NCBI GenBank assembly: GCA_951406725.2
Contig: OX597820.1
Coordinates: 95,108,001-95,172,000 of the forward strand
Direction: 5' to 3'
DNA: 64,000 bases
Origin: Octopus vulgaris
Lineage: Eukaryota
This document shows, piece by piece, positions 39,396-51,964 of this stretch. The position numbers and the translations under genes are program-made. Numbering within the stretch: the first letter of the stretch is position 1; each line of letters begins with the position of its first letter. A model generated the notes under the pieces. The model saw only the letters and a list, made by a program, of their open reading frames with translations, was not told the DNA's origin and made no database searches.

Positions 39396-41599
39396 TTTTT
39401 TTAAGCTATTTCAATGTTTTTCACTGGGAAATTCATTCAAACTGATGAAGTTTTGCATGGTAAGGATGGAATCAACATCTGTGGTTGTACCATAGAAACT
39501 ACTCTACCACATAGCCATTTGATCAAATCTGTTGCTAATATGATAGTGTTGCCAACATGTAGAATTGATCCTCTTGATTCTGATACTTCTATTGAAAAAT
39601 AGAATGACTGTAAACAGCCTTTTGATGTTTATAGTCAGAAAAGGGAGTGAACATCATCATCATCATCATCATCATCACTTAACATTCATTTTCCATGCTG
39701 ACATGGGTTAGATGGTTTGACAGTAATTGGCCAGCTGGAGAGCTGTCCAAATTCCAATTATTTGTTGTAGCATGATTTCTACAGCTGGATGTCCTTCCTA
39801 ATGCCAACAGCTTTACAGAGTGTACTGGGTGCTTTTTATGTGCCCCTAATTTTTTGTTGTTTATATAGTATTGAAGGTCAATCACATGACATTTAGAGAG
39901 AATAGGTTATTTATGGGTTTTTTATCTTGTTCTTTTAGGTTTTTCCATATTTGTATGGAATATTTGGTTTGCCCTTCCTATCACTAATCTTTACTCATTT
40001 TTCAAGTAAGAGAGCTCTTATTCCTCATCTTCAATGACACAAAGCTTGTAGATAATTTGTTGATGGGGAAAATAACATCATCATAGCTTGCAGCTGAGCA
40101 ATTATGGAAAAGTGCAAACACAAATACACATACACTCTCTCATATACTCACACATGTACACACAAATAATGAGAGGGAGAAAGGCTTCTTTCAGTTTCCA
40201 TTTACCAAACTTACTCACAAGGCTTTGGTTTGCGTGCTGCACGGCAGGCTTGAACTTGAAACCACATAGTTTGTGAGTAAACTTCCTGACCACCTGGCCA
40301 TTCCTCTGCTATTAAGTAAAGTAAAAGTAACTCTTTATTTTTAACACCAAATAATAGAAAGAAGATGGATACAAAATACTGTAGCTTAAGAATATATCAA
40401 CTGGAAACTTCTGGAAATTTAATTTCTTCTATCCAACACTACTGAGAGAAAAATTAAATGAAAATTAATAATTCTTTGACACTGATTTTGATTGGGGGTT
40501 TCTGATTGTATTTTTAAAGATAATCTTACGTGCCGGTGGCACATAAAAAGCACCCACTATACTCACAGAGTGGTTGGCGTTAGGAAGGGCATCCAGCCGT
40601 AGAAACATTGCCAGATCAGACTGGGCCTGGTGCAGCCTTCTGGCTTCCCAGACCCCAGTTGCACCGTCCAACCCATGCCAGCATGGAAAGCGGACGCTAA
40701 ACGATGATGATGATGATGATGAATCTTATTGGTAGAACATAAAAGAAAAACATCTTGAAGTAATTTAATTACTTCTTTTTACTCTTGAAATCATTTTTAT
40801 TCTCTTCTGGACTTAATAAAATGAGTACCAGTCAACCACTGGGATTGGGATAATCAACAATGCACTTTATGTTCTGAGTTCAAATATTGCTGTGGTTGAC
40901 TTTGCCTTTCATCGTTTTGAGGTTGATACAATAAATACCAGTTAAGCACATGTAATTGATTAGTCTCCTCCCCACAAATTTCAGGCCTTGTACCTATAGT
41001 GGAAACGATTATTTTAAAAACCATTAGCTGGCAGAATCATTAGCATGTCCTGTGTTCAACTTCAACGAGGGTCACTTTCACCTTTCATCATTTCACAGTC
41101 GATAACATAAAGTACCAGTCAAATTATTGGTTGATGTAATTGACTTTCCCACTCACTCAAAATTGCTGGCATGTACCAAACTGTGGAAAAATTATTGAAA
41201 AGGCAGAATTGTTACTGTGCCAGACCAAATACTTGGCAGTACTTTTGGCTCTTGTGTTCAAATGCTGCTGAGATTGACCCAGCCTTTCACTTTTCAGGGT
41301 CAATAGAATAAGTACCAGTTTAGCACTGGAGTTGATCTAATTGACTTCCCTCTCCCCTTAAGCTTATTCTTGTACCAAAATTAGAATGAATTATTATTAT
41401 TATTATTAAAACATTTGTAAAATAAATTACCATTCAAATACTGTTGATCTGTTCCACTATATTCTCTCATAAAATCTGTAACCATCAGGCTACAGAAATC
41501 ATTATTAATCAGACAAGTACTGGAGTTGATGCTGTCAACTAACCCACTTCCTTAAACTTCAAGCTTTGTGCTATATTAGAAACAATTATTATTGCAGAT

Positions 41600-42370
41600 A
41601 CAGTGGATTATTCAAAGCCCTCTGCTATCAGCCAGCTTGTACTAACTCAACAACAAAAACACATTGGATCAAAAGGAGCAGCAATCCCAGAGTCAAACAG
41701 TGCATGACCTGGGGATAGATAGGAAGCATCATTTCATATATATATATATATCACCGAGAAGGTACCAATGTACAGGTTGCACTCAGAGAACTTTCAGAAC
41801 AAAAGATCAGGAAACAATGCTGTTCTTATGGAGGACATTTGTCCTCAGCCATCTGGACTACTGCTCTCAACTATTGTCACCTAGTATAAATTTTATAGCT
41901 GAACTTGAGACAGCTCAGCAGTGCTACACTAAGAAAATTGCATTAGTAAAACACTTTAGCTACTGAGAAATTCTAAAGGGGCTGGCACCAAACTTTGGTA
42001 TCAAGAGTTATACAAGTTCCCAAAGAGGGTGTCACTACACTGTTCCAAAGGTTCCACCCATCCCATCTTGAGTGAGGACCAGATAGTGCAACAGCTTGGG
42101 ATTCAAAGGCCCACAGCTATCTAAAATCTTGCAAGTGAACCCAGGAGATCTACATGGTGTGGGGGTTAGATGTTTTCAAGAAGCACCTTGATCTTTTACT
42201 GTCCAAGATCCCAGATGAATCTATATTGTGACAAGAAATGCAAATGAGGGTAGCAATATCAAACTCTCACATTCATCAAAAGTCAACCACATAAGAATAG
42301 CTTTTGAAAAGGTTATAATACTGGGGTTGGCCCAAGATGGTCACAGCCTTTAGGCTGAAATACATAAAAG
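41600..42370 (+). mobile_element. CR1/L2-clade LINE 3' remnant; younger relatives at 53790-53995(-) and 49730-49795(-)
   Basis: VHDLGI, RTFVLSHLDYCSQL, LETAQQCYTKKI, LDLLLSKIPDE. Confidence 0.75.
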
Positions 42371-42832
42371 TGTGTTTGCATATGTATGCATGTATGTGTT
42401 TCTGTGTGTATGTATATATATGTATATGTAAGAGAAATAATTAACATTCAATTGAATTAACTTGAGGCACCAAGTCAGTCAAGTATGGTCTGCACAGCTT
42501 GAAATTAGGTGAATAAAAAGCAAATAAGTAACAAGGATGTCCAGGTTGCCGAAACCGGGTATTATTACTATCCTCATCATCATCATTGTTCGACCGTGGT
42601 CGAGACAATGGAATTTACCATGCTACGCCAGACTTCACGGTCCATCATGGCATTACGGAGGTCCTGTTGCTGGATGCCTGTATCCCTGGAGATTACATCA
42701 GGGTAGGAGAGTGTGCGCCCTCTGGTATTGCGAGTAGATGGCTTCCAGAGGAGAAGAGTAGAAATTACTTCTTTTTAAGCTCTACAACAATGTCCAACAA
42801 ACTGGACTCTCCTACCTTTCACAAGAGATGAC

Positions 42833-43489
42833 ACTGCTAGCATCTCTGTAACCTCTCTAACACGTGCACTCCCTTTCCTCAACCCTTCCCCAATACCTAC
42901 ATCTTTCCCCTTCCCCTATCTCTTCCTCCATATATTCTTGCAAACCCTCATTCCCCTCACCCATTACTACTTCTATTACCTGAAGTGCCTCCTGAACACC
43001 TCATCACCACTATCTATCTCCTTGGAGATACCTCTAATTCATTATCTCTCTCTCCTTTCTCCTAAATACTAGTAGCTCCTCTACAGCAACAACCTGCAGT
43101 ACCCCAATCTCTTCACTTATACCTTAATCCTCATTTAATCTATGCAGTATCATCCCTCCCTGGATTTGTTAACTTGCAAGCTACATGATGATTTCAATAG
43201 TGTCACTGACATAAACAAAGTACCCAGTATGCACTGTAAACTAGTTTGTGTAAAGAAGGGCATCAAGCCATAGAAACCATGTCACAGTAGACGTCTTTGG
43301 TTCAATGAAAAACAGTCTTTAGTGACAACAATTTGATGAGGTGAAAGCAGCTGTGAAGAAGTGAGTACAACAGTATAAGAGCTGAGTTCAGTAAGGACAT
43401 AAAGGCATTGCTTGTGATGGAGGCTGTTGATTAGTACCTTTATATAGAGGAAGACTTACTTGAGCAATTTGTGCAGTTTGAATGGCCTA
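42833..43489 (+). repeat. Left arm of a ~650-bp inverted duplication
   Basis: Reverse complement of 50766-51414 along its whole length, with scattered substitutions and a small indel. Confidence 0.92.
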
Positions 43490-45155
43490 AGAGAGAGCGA
43501 TTGTATGAGGGAAGTTCTTTTGAAGTTGGCGTGCATCGGAAGCATTGATGTACATGTGTGCGTGCGTGTGTGTTTGATGGGGTGTGAGAGACAGAAAGTG
43601 TGGTGTGTGAGTGAAGTGCTTTTGTTAGCGTGTGTTAAGAGACAGAGAGAGTAATGTTGTTGCTGTATGTGTATGTGTGAAAGAGAGAGAGATTCCCTTT
43701 TTATAGTGAGTGACTGAGAGAGAGAGAGGTTCAGTGACACACACGCACGATCGTTGTTATGTGCATGTATGTGTGTGTGTGAATGGCTTCAGTGACACTC
43801 ACACAAAAACACATACCTATGTACACCTATTGCATGCCTGTTGTACGTATACATGTGCGTGTAAGGGAGGGAGGGGGAAAGAAACAGAGAGAGATGGTGT
43901 TTTTTTTTGTTTTTGCTGCTTGTTTGCATATATGTTTATGGGTAATCTTTCGTTTTAACTCGCAATAATGTAAACACTGAGTCGGTGATTTCCGTAACCG
44001 CATGTTGTCTTGTCAATTGTCAAGAGAACGCTAATGGGTTGTGCGTGCGTGCTTGTTCCTGTGTGTGCGCGCGTGCTTATTCTTGTCTGAGTGCGTGCTT
44101 GTTCTTGTTTGTACGTGTGTGTGTGCTTGTTTTTCTGTGTATGTGTGTGTCTGTTTTTTTTTTTTTTTTTGTATTTATATAGGCGCAGGAGTGGCTGTGT
44201 GGTAAGTAGCTTGCTAACCAACCACATGGTTCCGGGTTCAGTCCCACTGCGTTGCATCTTGAGCAAGTGTCTTCTGCTATAGCCCCGGGCCGACCAATGC
44301 CTTGTGAGTGGATTTGGTAGACGGAAACTGAAAGAAGCCTGTCGTGTATATGTATGTATGTGTATGCGTTTGTCCCCCTAGCATTGCTTGACAACCGATG
44401 CTGGTGTGTTTACGTCCCCGTGACTTAGCGGTTCGGCAAAAGAGACCGATAGAATAAGTGCTGGGGTTACAAAGAATAAGTCCCGGGGTCGATTTGCTCG
44501 ACTAAAGGCGGTGCTCCAGCATGGCCGCAGTCAAATGACTGAAACATGTAAAAGAGTAAAGAGATATGTTGTGGAATGTAGAAATAACACACAGAGGAAC
44601 GAACATGCACACACACAGACGGAACGTCAACTTCAAAAGAACTTCCCCGATCCAATCGTGCTCTATCTGTCTGGCTTTTACGCCGACTTGAAAAGATACC
44701 CTTCCCTCCACCCCACATATATTAAAAAATACAAATTTTATGGAAAGTGACGATCTTCTTCAAATGTAAACAAAAGCAGGTACTTCATTTTTGATGTAAA
44801 TGGTACTCATAACAAAAGACTGCCAGTGGGGCGAAATAAACACTACGTAGTGTAATAGTACTACGCTAGGGTATTTAGAAAGTTGAATGTGATTGCGGAA
44901 TATGACGAGGAAAAATTCGGATCTTGGGAATTTTCCGAAAGTCCTCTCCCCCATAAATTATTTTCAGGCTAAAACATTTTTAAGGATTTTTATGCCGTTT
45001 AAATGGTATTTATATGAAATTTCATTGAAAAAAAAACCCAATTTCCTAAAAGTTAGGGAAAAACTCAGATCTTGTGAATTTTCTGAGGTCCTCTTTTCCA
45101 CCCTCCTGTTGCTTTGCGCTTTTTGTTTTTTTTTCCGTATTCGTTTCCTACACAT

Positions 45156-45920
45156 AGTCGTTAGCACGCCGGGCGAAATGCTTAGTGGTATTTCGTCTGC
45201 GTAACGTTGTGAGTTCAAATTCCGCCGAGGTCGACTTTGCCTTTCATCCTTTCGGGGTCGATAAATTAAGTACCAGTTACGCACTGGCGTCGATGTAATC
45301 GACTTAATACCTATGTCTGTCCTTGTTTGTTCCCTCTGTGTTTAGCCCCCTGTGGGTAATAAAGAAATAGGTATTTCGTCTGCTGTTACGTTGTGAGTTC
45401 CGCCGAGGTCGACTTTGCCTTTCATCCTTTCGGGGTCGATTAAAGAAGTACCAGTTACGCACTGGAGTCGATATAATCGACTTAATCCGTGTGTCTGTCC
45501 TTGTTTATCCCCTCTGTGTTTAGCCCCTTGTGGGTAGTAAAGAAATAGGTATTTTGTCTGCGGTTACGTTCTGAGTTCAAATCCCGCCGAGGTCGACTTT
45601 GCCTTTCATCCTTTCGGGGTCGATTAAAGAAGTACCAGTTACGCACTGGGGTCGATATAATCGACTTAATCCGTGTGTCTGTCCTTGTTTATCCCCTCTG
45701 TGTTTAGCCCCTTGTGGGTAGTAAAGAAATAGGTATTTTGTCTGCGGTTACGTTCTGAGTTCAAATCCCGCCGAGGTCGACTTTGCCTTTCATCCTTTCG
45801 GGGTCGATTAAAGAAGTACCAGTTACGCACTGAGGTTATTATAATCGACTAAATCCGTTTGTCCTTGTTTGTCCCTTCTGTGTTTAGCCCCTTGTGGGTA
45901 GTAAAGAAATAGGTATTTCG
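45156..45920 (+). repeat. Young tandem array of four ~180-bp SINE family B bodies
   Basis: Units start at 45187, 45370, 45548 and 45732 (partial at 45912); 17-bp flanking duplication at 45139-45155 and 45937-45953. Confidence 0.92.
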
Positions 45921-46141
45921 ACTCTCTTTAGAAATCATTCGTTTCCTACACATTTTTTTCTGATTTTCGTTTCCGGGTTAAGTTGTAAACATAAAACATT
46001 TTTTTTTTTTTCAGAATCATAATCTCCGCAGTCGAAAAGGTGGGCTTCTGTAGAATTTAGAAACACCCCCCCCCCCAAAAAAAAAGCGGGTGTGGTCCAT
46101 GTCCTTTACCTCTGCCAAACTTTTACTTTACACATACAGAA

Positions 46142-46721
<580 letters not shown>

Positions 46722-47000
46722 GTGGATTTTAATATAAATATGTATTGCAGTATTTATAACAGGTTTAATTTCTATGCATTAATTTGTACTGTCTTCATTA
46801 ACGGCAATAGGTTTATTCCTCGGATTTTATAATTTTTATAAGTTTTTTATATTTATATACATATATTTTTGACCTTTTTGTTTATCGCTCGAAGATTGAC
46901 CGTTTTTTCTAAAGGGCCAATCAAACAAGTCCATTTCTTTTTAAAGGTGTAGCGTTTGTAAGAGTATAGATTGAATTAATATATATGTTCCATTCTAGCA

Positions 47001-47047
47001 AAAACTGTCTGATGAACGGCAACGAGAAACTCAGAGTAACAGATTTT
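47001..47047 (+). ncRNA. Minimal type-I hammerhead ribozyme motif within a Penelope pLTR-like insert (46722-47075)
   Basis: aaaactgt-CTGATGA-acggcaacga-GAAA-ctcagag-TA-acagatttt: intact core and stem I, near-palindromic stem III, A.A mismatch at the base of stem II. Confidence 0.7.
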
Positions 47048-47074
47048 GTTGAATTTTCTGCTGCTTAAAATAAA

Positions 47075-47183
<109 letters not shown>

Positions 47184-47408
47184 ATACGAAAATAAAGTTT
47201 TCCGAGTAAATATGTAAATAGTTGGAAATATATTAATTCAATATTCTCTTCAGTTGCATATTTTCAAATTATTTTTGTAAATTCTTAATGTTTCTAGTTT
47301 TTGTACATAAACTGAAAGATCGCTAGTATTTTGCTTCTTTTCTTTCTGTTTTTCTGCTTTTTTCGTATGTATTGATGGGAAAATGTTTCCAAGTTAGTTG
47401 CTGAAATA

Positions 47409-48392
47409 ATGGCGGAAGTAAATGTATTACCCAAAGAAAGATTAGATGAGTTACGTCGCAAGTTATGGGAAGATTATGAAACAATGAAGGATTGTATCCC
47501 GGAGGAGCAGAGGCAGAAAGTATACAAAGGTTATTTCAACAACGTTGGTATACAAAGAGTGTCTGAATCCGTAAAGAAACATATGGTCTTAAGAATCGGG
47601 GCTTCGTTGGATTTTGACATTGAAGAAATTGAAACCACTATTAAAAATGCTAGGGATCATGAAGGTACTCTCAGTGATATTTTGAAAGTGTTTTTGTCAG
47701 ATAGTTTAATTAGTGATTGGGACTTTTACCAGAAATTGCGCAAGATTCTTCGACGATATGAATTACAATATAAGGGTAACGCTGTGGATCTGAAAGCGCC
47801 CTATGAAAAGTGGATTGAAGTAAACATTCCTATCGACACAATCCTCAAACAACTTGACTGGAGAAATATGAAAGAACCCTATTCATATATTCTATGTGTG
47901 GACGATTTAAATAAACTTGACGATTTAAATAAACTTGAGCCTGGTACACCTATTCCTTCCGCTTATCTGCTGTTTAAAATATATTCAAATTTGATCGTTT
48001 GTTGCAAAAATTGCGAGAATGAAACTATCAAAAAATTCAAAGGTGATCTGGAAAAACTATTGAATGATAAGTTCTATTTTTGTTTCTTCCCCTGGAAGAG
48101 AACATTTATCATAAAAGCTGAAGAACAAGTAAAATGCACATATTCAAACCAAACATTGATTGATATAGTCGACAACATATTTCCGAGTTGCTTTTATTCT
48201 GACTCTCTTTTAGATGGAAATAAGATATCTGATAGAGATAAGAAAGATCGCAAGGAATTATGGAATAAACATTTGATACAATTAAAGACGAAGGAAACTC
48301 TCCATAAGTATAGAGTGGATCTTCCAGAAAAAAAATATGTTAAATTTCGTAAAATACGAAGTGAATCATCATCGGTTGAAGATTTTTTGTAA
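47409..48392 (+). CDS. Intronless 327-aa protein with a Death-domain-like region (about aa 43-120) and a possible CARD-like region (about aa 125-225)
   Basis: Only long, non-repetitive, non-TE ORF in the window. Good Kozak context (ataATGG); in-frame 18-nt duplication at 47901-47936. Helical pattern IQRVSESV..VLRIGASLDFDIEEIETTIKN..D....LSDILKVF...LRKILRR resembles Death domains. The domain call is by eye only. Confidence 0.65.
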   Translation: MAEVNVLPKERLDELRRKLWEDYETMKDCIPEEQRQKVYKGYFNNVGIQRVSESVKKHMVLRIGASLDFDIEEIETTIKNARDHEGTLSDILKVFLSDSLISDWDFYQKLRKILRRYELQYKGNAVDLKAPYEKWIEVNIPIDTILKQLDWRNMKEPYSYILCVDDLNKLDDLNKLEPGTPIPSAYLLFKIYSNLIVCCKNCENETIKKFKGDLEKLLNDKFYFCFFPWKRTFIIKAEEQVKCTYSNQTLIDIVDNIFPSCFYSDSLLDGNKISDRDKKDRKELWNKHLIQLKTKETLHKYRVDLPEKKYVKFRKIRSESSSVEDFL

Positions 48393-48676
48393 TGATTCCT
48401 TTATCGATATGTAGGCAAAGACACTTTTTTCAACTCTTCATCTCAATTTCATATTCTCTTTCAAATCCAACGACATTTCAGCCAACTCAAATTCTCATCT
48501 CCTGGCTCATAATTTTCTAGGTCTACGAACCATTGTATCTTCTCTTAAATAATCTTAAATAATAATATAATGTAAGTTAAATATACACCATTTTATGAGA
48601 AACAAATATTAATATTTAATAATTAATGTTATAAAGTTTAATAATTAAATTAATTTTTTGATCTGCTGTTCAAAGG

Positions 48677-49037
48677 GTAAAGATCCCCCTAAAACCCTAA
48701 CCCTAACCGTAACTACAGAAATGTTTTAAAATTTTTGTCTGAATCATAATGTCCACATTTTCCCACAGATTTAGAAAAAAGAAAATTCTACAAAGATTTT
48801 TGGAAATTTTTTTCAAAATCATAATCTCTGTATTTTTCCGCATATATTGAAAAAAAAAACATTCTGAAAAAAGTAAAAAATGAATTAAATGGGGGTGGGG
48901 GTGTTAATTTTAAAAGGCCTATTTTTGCCAATTTTTTTAGCAGATTCATATTCCCCGTAACTGAAAAGTGGAGTTTGTGTCGGAAAAAAAATTTTTTTAA
49001 AGGTGGTTTTTGGTGAGGAACGGGCGGAAGTCTTGCC
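48677..49037. mobile_element. GG-terminated MITE-like remnant; related pieces at about 44890-46110 and 12899-12963
   Basis: Starts GGTAAAGA and ends GGAAGTCTTGCC. Internal aatcataat subrepeats are shared with 46011-46035, and 46101-46110 ends GTCCTTTACC. Confidence 0.45.
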
Positions 49038-50765
49038 TCATTTTCTCAAGAAATTAATGAAAGGTTGCAAGCATTTAGATTTTTGCAATTTTAGCAAGTT
49101 GAAAGTCTCTATTGCTAACATATTAGAAGTTGCACCTGTCTGCTTTCACGGTAACCCACGTGTGATCATTGTTTACGCTCGCATTAACAATAGAAAATGT
49201 ATAGATTATTGAAACTTGAATGCTTTTGAAGAGGAAATTAATGAATAATTAATAATAATTGATAACGACTTGGAACTGTCACTGGTGATTGAAGTCCAAA
49301 CAGACTTTCCGAATCACCTTCAGAAATATCCAAATTTTCTGATACTACATAGGAGGAAAAGCAAAGAAATATATGAACAGAACAGAAATTCATATTTTTG
49401 TTCTAATCTCTTTAATAACACTGTTAAAAATATCTTTGGGTGTCTGTGTACATACATATACACATACAGACAAACTAAGGGAGAGAGAGAGGGAAGTTGC
49501 AATCCTAAATGAAAGTTAAGTTACAGATGAGCACATTTCACAAAAATTATAAAGGTTGATATTTCTCAAGTGACATATTTTCTTTATTACTTTTATGTTT
49601 TTCCTTATTGCTGGATATAGAAAGAAGAGACAGTATCCATGACCTTCGCAGGGCCTCTAATACTGATGACATTAATGTCATGAATGCTCCTCTTGGACCT
49701 TTGAAAGTTTAGAAAAGTAAATTTAGCGTATTGATTGATTGATTGATTGATTCTAGTTTCAGCTCATGAGCTGTGGCCATGCTGGGGCACCGCCAAACTG
49801 TATACAACAGTTTTAGTAAGTAAGCTGAAAACAAATGCTTAGAACATAAGGGAAATAGCTATGCACTGTCTACAGAAAAGAAGTCAGTAGAAATTCTATA
49901 AGGCGTGCCCAGTGTAAACAATGAATACACAAAAGGTCTAGTGAAATCATAGACAAATTTACAGAGAAGGTAGATTTCATTTGAAGTACATGCCTCAAAA
50001 CAATAAGCACTTACTGTCTGGTTAATAGATTTTCCCAAATACCTAGATGGTTTCTGTAAAATTAGATGACAGCTTTTGCCACTCTGGTGACAAAATTAGC
50101 AATGGCAATGGATGTTTCAAAAGTCTGGTTGGTAGAATAAAAGTGGGTTAGAGAAAGTTCGAAGAGCTATTACCACAGCTGGAAACAAAGAACGAAGAAT
50201 GAAATATAAATGGACTAGCAGACTCATTGGGTATAAGAAGAATCGGATGTAGTGTGCAAGTTGCTATTAGTTACTTTTAAAGTCTTTTTCAAATAGCCTC
50301 AGAGAATAGTTAGATGTCAGTTTACCTGGAAAGAAACAATGCAGTTATTAATAAAAAAATTGGTGCATGCAAGATTTTACAGCTTGAACATCACTCCTTC
50401 ATAGTTAGCCTATGAACTTTTCAGCTCACTCTTGTATAATAGTGTACACCTTGATTAATATCCCCATCTACTTGGTAGCAAGGTTGTGAAAGAAAGCATC
50501 TTCTTTTGTTCATCATTGTTTAAATCTTGGGAAGGTCTTGCAGATTTTTTTCTGACTTCTGGATTCTTAGATGACAATATATATTTACATATACATCATC
50601 ATCATTTAATATCTGTTGTCCATACTAGCATGGGGATGGTTATATTTTTGCCTGTTAATCACACTGTATCTTGAGCTTCACGTCAGCTATATTATTATTA
50701 CAAACACACACACACAGAGTTAAGGGCTGTAGCAAAAGTGGGTATAGCTTTTTTATTGGCTGATG

Positions 50766-51414
50766 TAGGTCATTCAAAGTGCACAAATTGCTCAAGTAAG
50801 TCTTCCTCTATATAAAGGTACTAATCAACAGCCTCCATCACAAGCAATGCCTTTATGTCCTTACTGAACTCAACTCTTACACTGTTGTACTCACTTCTTC
50901 ACAGCTGCTTTCACCTCATCAAATTGTTGTCACCAAAGACTGTTTTTCATTGAACCAAAGACGTCTACTGTGACATGGTTTCTATGGCTTGATGCCCTTC
51001 TTTACACAAACTAGTTTACAGTGCATACTGGGTACTTTATTTGTGTCAATGATACTATTGAAATCATCATGTAGCTTGCAAGTTAGCAAATCCAGGGAGG
51101 GTGGATACTGCATATATTAAATGAGGATTAAGGTATGAGTGAAGAGGTTGGGGCACTGCAGGTTGTTGCTGTAGAGGAGCTACTAGTATTTAAGAGAAAG
51201 GAGAGAGAGATAATGAATTAGAAGTATCTCCAAGGAGATAGATAGTGGTGATGTCGTGTTCAGGTAATAGAAGTAGTAGTGGGTGACGGGAATGAGGGTT
51301 TGCAAGAATATATGGAGGGAGGAAGAGATAGGGGATGGGGAAAGATGTAGGTATTGGGGAAGGGTTGAGAAGAGGGAGTGCACATGTTAGAGAGGCTACA
51401 GAGATGCTAGCAGT
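50766..51414 (-). repeat. Right arm of the ~650-bp inverted duplication
   Basis: Reverse complement of 42833-43489. Confidence 0.92.
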
Positions 51415-51964
51415 AGGATAGTAATAATACTGTTGACATTGGGAAGAAGAGAGATTATATGTTTGGATAGGCTGCAAAAGTGGGGAAGAGACATAAACAG
51501 GTATAATGCATGAGAGATAATTTGGTGGCCTAGGAGGTAGAGATGGCCACTGTAACATGTGAGTGTGAAGAACAATATTACTGGGTGAAGAATGACTAAC
51601 AAGTGAGATAGTTTTGAGTAGCAAAAATGAGATAAAAGTGATATCAGGTTAAGATTGAGGAAGAGCAGCAGTGGATAAATGGTAAGATGCAACATGAGCA
51701 GGAAATGATTGATTGAGAGACTCATATATACATACAAATATATATATAAAAAGCACCAACAGATCGTGGCCGTTGCCAGCCTCTCCTGGCACGTAAAAAG
51801 CACCCACTACACTCACGGAGTGGTTGGCATTAGGAAGGGCATCCAGCTGTAGAAACACTGCCAGATCAGACTGGAGCCTGGTGCAGCCTCCTGGCTTCCC
51901 AGACCCCGGTTGAACCCATGCTAGCTCGGAAAACGGACGTTAAACGATGATGATGATGATAGAT

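Noticed and set aside
44180-44260. tRNA gene
   Set aside because: A and B boxes belong to the SINE head; no convincing cloverleaf, and it is followed by the SINE body.
45187-45920. CRISPR-like or retrozyme array
   Set aside because: Units are whole-length repeats with no unique spacers, the context is eukaryotic, and no CUGANGA/GAAA core was found.
48693-48712. Telomere or interstitial telomeric array
   Set aside because: Only about three degenerate CCCTAA units inside a MITE-like repeat.
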